DNA from: Candidatus Hydrogenedentota bacterium
Lineage (GTDB): Bacteria > Hydrogenedentota > Hydrogenedentia > Hydrogenedentales > JAJRTN01
Direction: 5' to 3'
Assembly: GCA_024278275.1 (NCBI GenBank)
Contig: JAJRTN010000123.1
Location: 508-64,507, forward strand
DNA length: 64,000 nt
Shown: piece after piece, positions 54,899 to 63,854 of the stretch
Numbering within the stretch: position 1 is the stretch's first letter
Layout: each line of letters begins with the position of its first letter
The notes under the pieces: generated by a model
The model's input: only the letters and a program-made list of their open reading frames with translations
Databases searched by the model: none
What the model was told of the DNA's origin: nothing
Translations under genes and position numbers: made by a program

Positions 54899-55504
54899 AT
54901 GAAGAATCGCGTTTTTACCACCGGCGAGGTGGCAAGCATCTGTGGCGTGTCCGCCGATACGGTGTCGCGCTGGTTCGACCTTGGTCAGATCGACGGTTAC
55001 CGGCTCGGACCGGGCGGAGACCGTCGCATCCCCTATGAGAGCCTGCGTAAGTTCATGCTGAGCCACGGGATACCGCTTGAACGGCTTGAGGCCGGCGAGC
55101 GGCGTATTCTCGTCGTGGACGATGATCCCTACTACCTTGACATTATCCCGGCGATCCTGGCCCGGGAGGAAGATTATACCGTGCTCACGGCTTCTACCGG
55201 CTTCGACGCCGGGGCCATGGTGGTTGAGAACAATCCGCAGATGGTTATCCTCGATATTCACCTTTCGGACATGGACGGGCGCATGGTCTGCGAGCGCATC
55301 AAGGATCGCGCAGAGACCCGGAACACGCGTATTCTCGGCATATCGGGCTTCATTGACGAGGATGAGGAGCGGGAACTCGCCGATTACGGGTTCGATGATT
55401 TCCTGAAAAAGCCCTTCCGGGTGGAAGAACTTCAGGCGCGGGTAAGTGCCCTTTTCGGCCTGTCCAATGCCCGCGTGAGCCGCCCCAAGCGCCAAGGCGC
55501 CTGA
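54899..55504 (+). CDS. response regulator with N-terminal MerR/excisionase-type HTH and C-terminal receiver domain
   Basis: The N-terminus VFTTGEVASICGVSADTVSRWFDLGQIDGYRLGPGGDRRI is HTH_17-like. The receiver has RILVVDDD...VILDIHLSDMDG...KP. Confidence 0.8.
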   Translation: MKNRVFTTGEVASICGVSADTVSRWFDLGQIDGYRLGPGGDRRIPYESLRKFMLSHGIPLERLEAGERRILVVDDDPYYLDIIPAILAREEDYTVLTASTGFDAGAMVVENNPQMVILDIHLSDMDGRMVCERIKDRAETRNTRILGISGFIDEDEERELADYGFDDFLKKPFRVEELQARVSALFGLSNARVSRPKRQGA

Positions 55505-55536
55505 CCCGTCGCGGGTGTGCCCGCGAATACCTTCCC

Positions 55537-56514
55537 TCAGCCGCGTTCCGGCTTAGCTTCACGCTGCATCAGTCGGATGACCGCCTCCCGTGGATCGTCC
55601 CCCTCGAAAAGCACCCCATGCACGGCCCTGGTGATGGGCATGTCCACCTTCAGCCGGTCGGCGAGCGCATGGGCCGATTTCGTGGTCCGCACGCCCTCGG
55701 CGACCATGGGGGTGCTGCCCGTAAGCTCTTCGAGTGTTTTTCCCTGCGCGATACCTTCGCCCAAATGGCGGTTTCGGGAGTGCCTGCTGGCACAGGTTAC
55801 GATGAGGTCGCCCATGCCGCTCAGGCCCGCGAAAGTGATGGGCTCGGCCCCGTGGGCCACACCCAAACGCGCCATTTCCGCCAGGCCGCGCGTGATGAGC
55901 GCCGCTTTGGCATTATCGCCCAGGCCAAAGCCGTCGCATACGCCCGCCGCGATGGCCACCACGTTCTTCAGGGATCCGCCCAATTCCACTCCCACGATGT
56001 CGGGGCTGGTGTACACGCGAAGCGTGTCGGCCATGAAGGCTCTCTGCACGCGTTCGCACGCGACCATGTCCGAGCCCGCGGCCACAAGCGTGGCGGGCAG
56101 CCCCCGGGCGACCTCCTCCGCGTGACTTGGGCCCGACAGGGCCACCACGGGACCACCGGGCGCGGTCTGCCCGATCACTTCGCTCATGCGCAGAAGCGTG
56201 TCGTTCTCGATGCCCTTAGCCACGCTCACGCGCACGGTCGTATCGGAGACGGGATGCTGCGTCACGGCGGCGCGCATCACGTGGGACGGCACCGCGTAGA
56301 CGGCGATGTCCACGTCCGGGTCGCTCTCGGGGTTGACGTCCACCGCTTCGGGGATATGCACCCCCGGCAGAAACGCCGGGCTTTCCCGCGTGGCACGAAG
56401 GGCCGCCGGGTTGTCCTCCTCGCGGCTCCACAGCCGCACGCCATGTCCATTGAGCGCGAGATGCCGCGCAATGGCCAATCCCCAACTGCCGCCGCCGATG
56501 ATTTGTATACGCAT
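55537..56514 (-). CDS. gpsA: NAD(P)H-dependent glycerol-3-phosphate dehydrogenase
   Basis: MRIQIIGGGSWGLAIARHLALNGHGVRLWSR...FLPGV.....GPSHAEEVARGLP...LKNVVAIAAG. I chose the ATG at 56514. Confidence 0.9.
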   Translation of the reverse strand: MRIQIIGGGSWGLAIARHLALNGHGVRLWSREEDNPAALRATRESPAFLPGVHIPEAVDVNPESDPDVDIAVYAVPSHVMRAAVTQHPVSDTTVRVSVAKGIENDTLLRMSEVIGQTAPGGPVVALSGPSHAEEVARGLPATLVAAGSDMVACERVQRAFMADTLRVYTSPDIVGVELGGSLKNVVAIAAGVCDGFGLGDNAKAALITRGLAEMARLGVAHGAEPITFAGLSGMGDLIVTCASRHSRNRHLGEGIAQGKTLEELTGSTPMVAEGVRTTKSAHALADRLKVDMPITRAVHGVLFEGDDPREAVIRLMQREAKPERG

Positions 56515-56534
56515 GGGTTTCTTCTTTCCTTGGT

Positions 56535-57539
56535 CTATTGACTGATGTAATCCGCAATGCGTGCGAGGAAGAAATCCCGGGTGCGGGCGAGGCCTTCTTC
56601 CAAGCCGACGCGGGGCGACCAATCGAATCGTTGTTTGAACTTCGCGTTGGAGATGACCACGTCGCCCACGTCCATGACTTTCCAATCCCCGGGCCAGGGG
56701 ATATGTTTCACGCCGCCTCTACCGACCACTTGGACGACTTTCTCGGCGAAATTCGTGATGGCGTGGCCCGCGTCGGCCGCCGCGAACCACACACCGCCCC
56801 GGGCCGACCCGTCCTCGGCGACGGCGATGAGGGCGTCCACGCAGTCGTCGACGAAAAGCATGTTGCGCTTCTGCCGGCCTTCGCCGTAGAGGGTGAGTTC
56901 CTTGTCTTGCAGGGCGAGGCCGATAAAGTAATTGAGTACCCCCGCGTCGCGGCTTCGAATGTTGGCACGGGGGCCGTAGACGTTGGCCAGCCGCACCACG
57001 GCGGTGTTCAGACCATGCACGGCGTGGTAAATCAGGTGGTATTTCTCGGCGACGCTTTTGTTGGCGGAGTAGATGTCCCGGGGAAACTCGGGGTGCGACT
57101 CGTCAATGGGATTGCGCACCATGGCCCCGCACTGGGTGCTGGTGCCGATGTAGATCACGTGGGCCGCCGGGTTGTGGCGCCGCACCGCCTCCAGCACGTT
57201 CATCGAGCCTTTACAGTTGATGGCGATGTCGAGAAAGGGGTCTTGCAGGGAATAGCTGTGCGAGGTGTGCCCCGCGCAGTGGAAGATGATGTCCTGTTCC
57301 CGGATGGCGCGATCCACCAGGTTAAAGTCGCGAATGTCGTTGTGGACCACGCGGATGCGGTCCTCCAGGCCCGCCAGGTTGGCCGGATTGCCCCCGCCGT
57401 GATCCATGAGCGAGTCATAGACCGTGACCCGTGCGCCGAGGGCCGAGCAGCGGATGGCCAGGTTGCTGCCGATGAAGCCCAAGCCCCCCAGGACCAGCAC
57501 GCGCCTGCCGTGGAACGCTTTGGGGCCGGACTTACTCAT
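56535..57539 (-). CDS. NAD-dependent epimerase/dehydratase family protein (extended SDR)
   Basis: [17 protein letters not shown] (GxxGxxG), YSANKSVAE (YxxxK), about 330 aa. Confidence 0.85.
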   Translation of the reverse strand: MSKSGPKAFHGRRVLVLGGLGFIGSNLAIRCSALGARVTVYDSLMDHGGGNPANLAGLEDRIRVVHNDIRDFNLVDRAIREQDIIFHCAGHTSHSYSLQDPFLDIAINCKGSMNVLEAVRRHNPAAHVIYIGTSTQCGAMVRNPIDESHPEFPRDIYSANKSVAEKYHLIYHAVHGLNTAVVRLANVYGPRANIRSRDAGVLNYFIGLALQDKELTLYGEGRQKRNMLFVDDCVDALIAVAEDGSARGGVWFAAADAGHAITNFAEKVVQVVGRGGVKHIPWPGDWKVMDVGDVVISNAKFKQRFDWSPRVGLEEGLARTRDFFLARIADYISQ

Positions 57540-58197
57540 CCGCGTCTTCCAGGATCCGGAGACCGGCGCTGGTGCCGATGCGTGTGGCGCCGGCCTGAAC
57601 CATGGCGATCACGTCGCCCAGGGTGCGGATGCCCCCGGCGGCTTTGATGCCCAGTTCATCCCCGACGGTCTGCTTCATGAGCGCCACGTCCTCGACCGTG
57701 GCCCCGCCATCGCCGAAGCCGGTGGAGGTTTTGACGTAGGCGGCACCCGCCCGTTGGCTCATGAGACACGCGGCAATTTTCTCGTCCTCGGAGAGATAGC
57801 TGCACTCGAGGATAACCTTCACGGGAATGCCCTTGACCGCCTTGACCACCGCGGCAATCTCCCGCTCGACGAATTTCACATAGCCGGACTTGAGCGCGCC
57901 AACGTTCAGCACCATGTCGATCTCGGTGGCCCCCGCGCGCACCGCGTCGCGGGCTTCCTCCACCTTCATACCGGCGGAATTCGCCCCCAGGGGAAAGGCG
58001 ATACAGGCATCAACACCCACATCGGTGCCTGCGAGTTTCTTGGCGCAGAAAGGCACCCACACGGGATTTATCGTGACCGACGCGAAGCCGTGTTCCAAGG
58101 CTTCTTCGCACAGCTCACGGATATCCACCTCGGTGGCGTATGCCGCAAGCATGGTATGGTCGATCATGCGGGCCGCTTGTGCGCGCGTGATGGGCAA
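57532..58197 (-). CDS. deoC: deoxyribose-phosphate aldolase
   Basis: [22 protein letters not shown]...ASVTINP...FPLG...[14 protein letters not shown]...VKVILE...YVKTSTGF...[10 protein letters not shown] are the class I DERA motifs. Confidence 0.9.
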   Translation of the reverse strand: MPITRAQAARMIDHTMLAAYATEVDIRELCEEALEHGFASVTINPVWVPFCAKKLAGTDVGVDACIAFPLGANSAGMKVEEARDAVRAGATEIDMVLNVGALKSGYVKFVEREIAAVVKAVKGIPVKVILECSYLSEDEKIAACLMSQRAGAAYVKTSTGFGDGGATVEDVALMKQTVGDELGIKAAGGIRTLGDVIAMVQAGATRIGTSAGLRILEDADE

Positions 58198-58366
58198 GAC
58201 AGGTCTCCCGAGGGTTCAACGAAGCGGGGGCTGCCGGTCTCCCGTAACCGGCGTCTATCGTAACACGGGCGGGCGTGACGGCAAAAGAAGGTTTCGTCGC
58301 GTTTTCGCGGACAAAACCACGGCGGCCCTTTGGGAGATCAACAGCGGAACCGCCGGTTTTCGCGAA

Positions 58367-59020
58367 TCAATCGCCGGGCCTGCCGCGCACAACCTCGAAG
58401 CCTTCGGGACCCAACTCGCGCAGACGCTTTCGGATAAACGTCGTGATCGTCTCCAAAACCACGGGGTCCGGTCCGATGAACTCACAACCGAACAGCCTTC
58501 CACCGTCTTCGCTGACGGGGGTATGGATCACTTTACACGTAATGCTCTCCGATTCAATACCCGGCAAAGCCAACTTCACATCCACCACCTCGCCGACCTT
58601 GACCGCTTCGTCGGCCTTGACCAGAAGGCCCCCCGCGGAGAGATCGAGAATGGTCACCGGGTGACGGCGGGGATGCACTTGGTCCTTCATTTCTCCCCGG
58701 AGCTTCACGGGCACGCGCCAGAAACTTCGATGACGGCTCATGACACCGCCGGGGGCCATACGCAACAACAGGCCGTCGCCGGGCGCCTTGGGCGCCTCCA
58801 ACACTTCGCAGACGTAAGTGGTAAAGCCCAAGTCGTCATGGAACTCCAGCAGCACCGTCATCCCTTCGACGGGGAACTCTCCCATGGGAAAACTTACCCG
58901 GAGGATGTCGTCGGTCACTTTAAGCAGGGTGACAAGATACCGCTGTTCAAGGAGGACCACGAAACAGCGGTTTCCCACCTGGATGTGTTCCTCGGGACGG
59001 ATAGAACGCAAAGGTGTCAC
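58367..59020 (-). CDS. PilZ domain protein (YcgR-like two-domain layout)
   Basis: C-terminal RHRSFWRVPV (RxxxR) and ILDLSAGGLLV (DxSxxG) are PilZ c-di-GMP-binding motifs. The GTG start at 59020 has GGGGAGA 7 nt upstream. Confidence 0.8.
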   Translation of the reverse strand: MTPLRSIRPEEHIQVGNRCFVVLLEQRYLVTLLKVTDDILRVSFPMGEFPVEGMTVLLEFHDDLGFTTYVCEVLEAPKAPGDGLLLRMAPGGVMSRHRSFWRVPVKLRGEMKDQVHPRRHPVTILDLSAGGLLVKADEAVKVGEVVDVKLALPGIESESITCKVIHTPVSEDGGRLFGCEFIGPDPVVLETITTFIRKRLRELGPEGFEVVRGRPGD

Positions 59021-59051
59021 GATTCAATCTCCCCAGTAGTATTTCCACCTC

Positions 59052-59103
59052 ATTGTAGCATAGGCGGACCGGGTGAAAAACGAAAAATCCCGGTAACCCC
59101 GGG
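59052..59103 (-). promoter_or_regulatory. candidate terminator of the upstream operon followed by an extended -10 promoter for the PilZ gene
   Basis: On the minus strand, cccgg-ggtta-ccggg (about 59089-59103) is followed by ATTTTTCGTTTTT. Then comes TGcTACAAT (TACAAT is the complement of 59052-57, TG the complement of 59059-60). Confidence 0.35.
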
Positions 59104-59191
59104 GGACGGTTCGGAGACTGCCGGGAGCAGCGCACCGCATGAAAACCCCCAACATTGACGCAGGCCCGGCCCCGGGTTTCTCGGGCCTGGG

Positions 59192-61792
59192 TCATGGCTT
59201 TTGCTTCCCGGCGCGGGCCTGCTGGAGGAGTACGGTCAGGTCGGGGTCGCCGGGCATGAAGGCCAGCGCGCCTTCCAGGGTGGTGATGGCCCTGTCGTAT
59301 TCTTCCCAGCGTATCCTTGCCCCGGCCTGGGACAGGGCAATTTGCTTGAGGTAGTATTGGGCGTTGTAGTCGTCGGGGTCGATGGCCAGGGAGGCCTTGA
59401 AATCGTCGGTAATGCCGTCGTCGATGGCCAAGCCGCTGTAGTAGCGGCGCAGGCCTTTGAGATCGTTGCGGTGCGCCCGATGGCGGCGCTCGAGTTTAGC
59501 GATGGTTTCCGGGGTCAATTCCTTTTTCTCGAGGATGGTGAGGTTTTGGGCAACGTGGGGTTCGATCTCCTGTAGTGCATCGGGAACGTGGCGCTCGTAG
59601 ACCAGTTTGGGGGCGATGAATTCGGCCCAGGGCCGGTCGTCGGTCATGGCGGCGCCCTTCGCGGCGTAGGCGTCGAGACCGGCCTTGTCCATGAGGAAAC
59701 AGGCGATGACCTCCGCCGTGTCGCGCAGCCCCACGGCGTCGAGGGCGGCCCGCAGTTCGGGCCGGGACAGACGTGCGTCGGCGGCGGCGTAGTCGATGCG
59801 CAGGGGCGCGTTGGATCCCACGAGAAAGAGGTCGGCGTTGATGAACCACGCGCAGTATTCGGGGAAGACGTCGGTGAAGGTGTGGACCAGGGAGCGCACG
59901 ACTTCCGGGTTGAGGCTGTGGAGGGGCACCCACTGGGAAACCATGCCGCCGGGGGCGAGGCGCGCGAGGCACAGTTCGTAGTACTCGCGGGTGTAGAAGG
60001 TACTCACGCCGGCGAGGGCGAGGGGCATGGGCTCGAAGGTGATGAGGTCGTAGGTCTGCCGCGTGGTGAGGAGGTAGTTTCGCCCGTCGTCGATGTGGAA
60101 GGCGATGTTGGACCGGTCGAGCACGCCCAGGTTGTCCCGCGCGAAAAAGGGCGCGGCGTCGAGTACGTCGGGCGAGATCTCCACCGCGTCGATGCGGTCG
60201 AAATCGGAGAGGGCCAGGGTGCCCGCGGTGATGCCGGAACCGAAGCACATGAAGAGCACGTTCCGGGGTTCGCGGTCGAAGAGCAGGGGAAGCACACCCT
60301 GGAGGCGGTTCATTTTCACGCCTTTTTCGATGGACGTGGTCGCCTGTACGCGGTTGATCCACAGGACCCGGTTGGTGCCGTTGTCCTCATCGACGGGTTC
60401 GGACACGGCGACGGTGCCTTCCACGCCTTCCTGGTAGTGGATCACCCGGTGGTCCTTGGGCACGTAACCGGCGGTGAGCGCCAGGTTTACGTCCTCCGGC
60501 GCGCGCATCCATGCGGCTGCCCAGAACACGGTGCCCAGGAGGATTAGTGCGGTTTTCCAGCGAAGGGCGGTCTCGGGACAGCGCAGGATCAGCGCGGTGC
60601 CCGCGAACACCATCAACATGCCGAGGGCCACGATGCCGCCGTGTGTGCCGAGTCGGGGCAGGAGCAGGTAGGCGGCGGCCATGGCGCCCAGCACGCCGCC
60701 CATGGTATTGACGCAGTAGAGCCGTCCCACGTCCCGTCCGAGGGTATCGCGGCCCGAAGCGGCGATCTTCACCACGAGGGGGAAAGTAACACCGAAGCAG
60801 AACGTCGGCACGAGCAGGGCGGCGAAGGCGAGGAAAAATTTGCCGCGAATCACGGCGGCCCAATCGCCGCCGCCGGCCAGTTGCAGTTCCGTGACCTTGG
60901 CGGGCATGCCCGCCAGCCACCCCAGCATGAGCAGGCAACCCACGCCGATGACCAGGAAAGCCCCGCCCAACACCGCCATGCGCCCCCGCAGTTTGTCGAC
61001 GAAGGCGGAGGCCACGGCGCTGCCCAGGGCGATGCCGCAGAGCATGGCCGTGAGCATGGTGGTGTAGGCGTAGGTGGTGCCAAGAAAGATGATGGTCAGC
61101 AGCCGGGTCCACAGCACTTCGAGGGCGAGACCACAGAAACCGGAAATAAAAAAGGCGGTCAGCACCAGCCGCAGGTTCCCCGGGGAAAGCCGGCCGCGCG
61201 GGGGGCGCGGATAGTGGCGCGCGAGCATCAGGTCTATTTCGTCGGCGGTGGCGGCCACGGCTTCCACCGGGCGCTTTACCATCTCGCTCAAGAGAACCCG
61301 GTTTTCTTCATTGTCCGGCTCGGTGGTTGCCACCACCAGTACGTCGCCATGTTCCGCCACGGGGATCACGCGGAAGAGCCGGGCCACGCTGCCGGAAATC
61401 AGCCCATGGACGGGGTCTTCATCCCGTGACGGTGGCCTGGGTGCGGAGGCAAGAGCGCTTTCGCCGTGCCACGAGAGCAGGAGTGCCAGCACCCCGATGA
61501 TCCCGTTGGCCAGGGCCCCCGCGAAGGTGGCGTGGGTATAGCCAAGGGCGGGGAGCAGAACAAAGCCGGTGAGGAAACATCCCGCCACGGCGCCGAAGGT
61601 GTTGAGCGTGTACAGCGCGCCGATACGAAGGCCCTGTACCGCGCTGCTTCGGTTTACGAAGCGGGCGAGGAGCGGCAGAGTCGCCCCCATGAGGAACACG
61701 GGGACAAAGAGCAGCAGCAGCGCCAGAATTTCGCGCAAAAGGATGGCGGACCACCGGGCGCCGCCCACGGCGCGGAGGATGGCCACGACCAC
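59192..61792 (-). CDS. fused polytopic-membrane/spermidine-synthase-like protein with internal GspE-N-like domain and C-terminal TPR; downstream portion of a frame interrupted by TAG at 61850-61852
   Basis: The TM module FFISGFCGLALEVLWTRLLTIIFLGTTYAYTTML.. is followed by a class I MTase-fold SpeE-like domain (VLFMCFGSGITAGTL....IDAVEISPDVLD...IDDGRNYL....YDLITFEP) and a TPR-like tail. The frame is open upstream to 61849. Confidence 0.75.
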   Translation of the reverse strand: MVVAILRAVGGARWSAILLREILALLLLFVPVFLMGATLPLLARFVNRSSAVQGLRIGALYTLNTFGAVAGCFLTGFVLLPALGYTHATFAGALANGIIGVLALLLSWHGESALASAPRPPSRDEDPVHGLISGSVARLFRVIPVAEHGDVLVVATTEPDNEENRVLLSEMVKRPVEAVAATADEIDLMLARHYPRPPRGRLSPGNLRLVLTAFFISGFCGLALEVLWTRLLTIIFLGTTYAYTTMLTAMLCGIALGSAVASAFVDKLRGRMAVLGGAFLVIGVGCLLMLGWLAGMPAKVTELQLAGGGDWAAVIRGKFFLAFAALLVPTFCFGVTFPLVVKIAASGRDTLGRDVGRLYCVNTMGGVLGAMAAAYLLLPRLGTHGGIVALGMLMVFAGTALILRCPETALRWKTALILLGTVFWAAAWMRAPEDVNLALTAGYVPKDHRVIHYQEGVEGTVAVSEPVDEDNGTNRVLWINRVQATTSIEKGVKMNRLQGVLPLLFDREPRNVLFMCFGSGITAGTLALSDFDRIDAVEISPDVLDAAPFFARDNLGVLDRSNIAFHIDDGRNYLLTTRQTYDLITFEPMPLALAGVSTFYTREYYELCLARLAPGGMVSQWVPLHSLNPEVVRSLVHTFTDVFPEYCAWFINADLFLVGSNAPLRIDYAAADARLSRPELRAALDAVGLRDTAEVIACFLMDKAGLDAYAAKGAAMTDDRPWAEFIAPKLVYERHVPDALQEIEPHVAQNLTILEKKELTPETIAKLERRHRAHRNDLKGLRRYYSGLAIDDGITDDFKASLAIDPDDYNAQYYLKQIALSQAGARIRWEEYDRAITTLEGALAFMPGDPDLTVLLQQARAGKQKP

Positions 61793-61849
61793 GCCCTCGC
61801 CCTGGCCGACCAGGAGCAGGAACAGGATTGCCCACAGTCCGATGAGGAT

Positions 61850-62119
61850 CTAGAAACAGCCGTAGAGCCGGAGGGGCCGTTGCGTCCGGTCCGCCATGCG
61901 TCCGCCCCAGAGACTGCCGAGCGCCAGGCCGGTGAAGAAGATGGAGAGGACGGCGCTGACGGCGTGGGAGGTGGTGCCGATGAGCAGCACCAGCTTGCGG
62001 GTCCACACCACCTGGTAGAGCAGGCCGCACGCGCCCGACACAAAGAAAAAAAGCAGCACGGCCAGGAAAAGATACCGTGCCTTTGGAGCGTCGTGGTTGT
62101 CGTGTCGCGGGGCGGTCAA
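61850..62119 (-). CDS. N-terminal fragment of the same spermidine-synthase-like membrane protein (ends at the in-frame TAG)
   Basis: ..YLFLAVLLFFFVSGACGLLYQVVWTRKLVLLIGTTSHAVSAVLSIFFTGLALGSLWGGRMADR.. is the typical N-terminus of this family. A probable TTG start at 62119 overlaps the LOG stop (TTGA). The track ORF start at 62239 lies inside the LOG gene. Confidence 0.6.
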   Translation of the reverse strand: MTAPRHDNHDAPKARYLFLAVLLFFFVSGACGLLYQVVWTRKLVLLIGTTSHAVSAVLSIFFTGLALGSLWGGRMADRTQRPLRLYGCF

Positions 62120-62718
62120 AACAGCTTCGTCTCCGGCACGGGGGGCACATAGTTCTCGAAATAGCGGAACACCTCGTTCGGCTCCGCGGCCACATGATAC
62201 AGGGCACGTTGACTTGCTTTCACGAAACGCCTTTCGCAAAGGTGGTTGAACAAGCGGAATAAATGATCGAAAACGCCCGCTGTGTTGAGGAAGACAATGG
62301 GGCGGTCGTGATAGTTCAACTGCTTGAGCACCAGCACCTCGAGGATTTCTTCGAGCGTGCCCAGGCCGCCGGGCAGGGCCACGAAAGCATCCGCCCGCGT
62401 CTCCATGGCCGCCTTGCGTTCCCCCATGCTCTCCGTGATGATCAGTTCATCGGCGTCATCATAGGCCAGTTCCATATCGCGCAGTTTCTCGGGGATCACG
62501 CCGATCACGTGCCCGCCCCCGGCGTGAACCGCGTGGGCGACCACGCCCATGAGACCGATGTTGCCGCCGCCATAGACCAGCGCTTGGTTCCGTTCGGCCA
62601 GGCCATGTCCCAATGCGCGGGCCGCCTCGGCAAACACCGGGTCCACCGCGTCGCTCGAAGACGCATAAACGCACACGCGCTGGATGGAACGGGTCACGCC
62701 GGCCGCTCCAGGCGGCAT
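62116..62718 (-). CDS. LOG family protein (TIGR00730-type nucleotide 5'-monophosphate nucleosidase / cytokinin riboside 5'-monophosphate phosphoribohydrolase)
   Basis: VCVYASSS....LVYGGGNIGLMGVVA....VIGVIP......M.ERKAAM...ADAFVALPGGLGTLEE (PGGxGTxxE). The ATG at 62718 is chosen. The alternative GTG at 62697 forms a GTGA overlap with the upstream stop. Confidence 0.85.
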   Translation of the reverse strand: MPPGAAGVTRSIQRVCVYASSSDAVDPVFAEAARALGHGLAERNQALVYGGGNIGLMGVVAHAVHAGGGHVIGVIPEKLRDMELAYDDADELIITESMGERKAAMETRADAFVALPGGLGTLEEILEVLVLKQLNYHDRPIVFLNTAGVFDHLFRLFNHLCERRFVKASQRALYHVAAEPNEVFRYFENYVPPVPETKLF

Positions 62719-63854
62719 ACGGTCTCCACGTGTGCCGTGGCGGGAAAAAGGTCCAGGGCGACCGTGCGGACGGGCCGCCATCCCCCTTGCGCCAACACGC
62801 GCACGTCGCGCGCCAGGGTGGCGGGATCGCACGAGACATAAACGATGGCCCGCGCCGAGCATGCCGCCAGGGCGGGCGCCAGGATCTTTGCGCCGGAACG
62901 GGGCGGATCCAGCAGCACCGTGTCCCAGGTTCCCCTTCGAAGCTGGGCGATCATTTTGTCTTCGCCCCCGCTTTGATAGCTGCCCTTGCGCCGGCGGTAA
63001 GCCGCTTTGACGGACGCTTTGTTGTGGTCCAGTCCCAGCACGTCGGGGGTGTCTTCGAAGGGCAGACTGAGGTTGCCGTTTCCACAATAGAGGTCCAACA
63101 GGGAGACCGGCTCGCCCACCAGGGCACACACCACCCCGCGTAATTGCCGGTTGAGCAGCAGGCTGGACTGGCTGAAGGTGCCGTTCACGATGGGCACCTC
63201 ATCGAAGAGAAAACTTGCCCGGCCGCCTTCATCCTTCGGCGATTGGGCCAGTGGGAAGTACTGCTTGAGCTTGCGGTTGGTGAATTTCGACCACACCAGG
63301 GGTTCGCCGCCCTCGGGGTTGACCGTTACCGTCACCGTTCCCTTAATCCCCACTTCACGCAACCGGTTCAGGGCCTCGTTAAGTTGGTCGTGACACAGCG
63401 GACACCGGTCGATGGGGACCACGTCGTGACTGGCCCGTTCGTGAAAGCCCACGCGATCCCCGTCTCCCTGGAAAGTGGCGCGGGTGCGGTAGCCCAGGCG
63501 CGGCTCGGGCTCCCCGCCCCACTCGACCCCGGTTTCCACGCCGCCCATACGCTGCAACAAGTCCTGGACGATACGCCGCTTCCATTCGTCTTGCGTGGCC
63601 TCCTGAATATGCAGCCAATTGCAGCCCCCGCAGACGCCAAAGTAGGGACAGATCGGTTTTCGCCGGTCCGGGGACGCCTGGAGGACGGCCTCGATGCGGC
63701 CCCACAGTGCCTGCCTGGTGCGTCGCGTGATCTCGATGCGTAATTCGTCGCCGGGCACGCCACCCGGCACAAAACACACCTGCCCATCGATGCGGCCGAT
63801 GCCATCGCCGCCGTTGGCGAGGGCGGTAATCTCTATGGTCGGGGTTTCCGTCAT
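62694..63854 (-). CDS. TRAM-domain SAM-dependent RNA (uracil-5-)methyltransferase, RlmD/RumA family
   Basis: The N-terminal TAL.ANGGDGIGRIDGQVCFVPGGVPGDELRIEI is a TRAM domain. It also has the Cys cluster CPYFGVCGGCNW and the C-terminal LDLYCGNG...VLLDPPRSGA...YVSCDPATLARD. Confidence 0.85.
   Translation of the reverse strand: MTETPTIEITALANGGDGIGRIDGQVCFVPGGVPGDELRIEITRRTRQALWGRIEAVLQASPDRRKPICPYFGVCGGCNWLHIQEATQDEWKRRIVQDLLQRMGGVETGVEWGGEPEPRLGYRTRATFQGDGDRVGFHERASHDVVPIDRCPLCHDQLNEALNRLREVGIKGTVTVTVNPEGGEPLVWSKFTNRKLKQYFPLAQSPKDEGGRASFLFDEVPIVNGTFSQSSLLLNRQLRGVVCALVGEPVSLLDLYCGNGNLSLPFEDTPDVLGLDHNKASVKAAYRRRKGSYQSGGEDKMIAQLRRGTWDTVLLDPPRSGAKILAPALAACSARAIVYVSCDPATLARDVRVLAQGGWRPVRTVALDLFPATAHVETVCRLERPA

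Noticed and set aside
40975-61852. Stop-codon reassignment or pyrrolysine/selenocysteine-type recoding as the explanation for the two in-frame stops.
   Set aside because: The two stops are different codons (TAA and TAG). Both codons terminate clearly complete genes elsewhere in the window (2856-2858 TAA, 17934-17936 TAG). No pyl genes or recoding elements are visible. Mutation, assembly error or polymorphism is more parsimonious. Programmed readthrough cannot be excluded, but nothing in the sequence supports it.
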